Notes under the pieces: model-generated
The model's input: the letters and a program-made list of their open reading frames with translations, nothing else
What the model was told of the DNA's origin: nothing
Database searches by the model: none
Origin: an uncultured Candidatus Saccharibacteria bacterium
Lineage (GTDB): Bacteria; Patescibacteriota; Minisyncoccia; Phycocordibacterales; UBA918
NCBI GenBank assembly: GCA_964611205.1
Contig: CAZSZB010000004.1
Coordinates: 12,121 to 76,120, forward strand
Direction of reading: 5' to 3'
DNA: 64,000 bases
Shown: piece by piece, positions 63,930-64,000 of the stretch
How the letters are laid out: every line of letters starts with the position of its first letter
Position numbering within the stretch: the stretch's first letter is position 1
Translations under genes and position numbers: made by a program

Positions 63930-64000
63930 AGGGAAGTGTTGGGCATCCTTGAGTTTGAAAGCAGTTAGAGATAGAAAGACCTGTGAATAAAGCGCTACTC

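Overview
This 64-kb window is part of a low-GC (~40%) bacterial chromosome. Its gene content and operon layout resemble a reduced Candidate Phyla Radiation (Patescibacteria-like) genome. That placement is an inference from sequence features, not a database hit; a flat list of those features follows the gene inventory below. Genes present, in order: nusA; a type IV pilus block (pilB, pilC, two prepilin-leader proteins and one membrane protein); tpiA-pgk; HIT; recJ; rnhA; comEC split into two genes; an Fe/Mn superoxide dismutase; rpmB; an M50 protease; the str operon (rpsL-rpsG-fusA-tuf), broken in two places by insertions; rpsJ alone, then rpsS through rplO-secY-adk-map; ndk; a beta-CASP ribonuclease; rplT-rpmI-infC; a SET-domain protein; tmRNA with smpB nearby; ftsH; tRNA-Ile(UAU); recG; malic enzyme; tRNA-Ser(GCU); a polysaccharide deacetylase. 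CPR-like features: ribosomal protein L30 is absent between S5 and L15; S14 is the short zinc-binding type; L3, L4, L23 and L2 are not at their usual position after S10; ComEC and type IV pilus genes are both present. The most unusual feature is a ~6.4-kb island between fusA and tuf. It holds five tandem paralogous genes for secreted proteins that share a ~65-residue N-terminal module, nearly identical at the DNA level, followed by different C-terminal domains. One copy ends in a phage-tail-fibre-type auto-chaperone (peptidase S74) domain, and two copies are inactivated by a nonsense mutation and a frameshift. I read this as a candidate cassette-based variable surface-fibre or adhesin system. 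Other notable points: a tmRNA on the minus strand flanked by att-like scars and palindromic repeats; several GC-rich genes that look foreign; two candidate small RNAs with their own terminators; infC with a non-AUG start; and a tRNA with a UAU anticodon.
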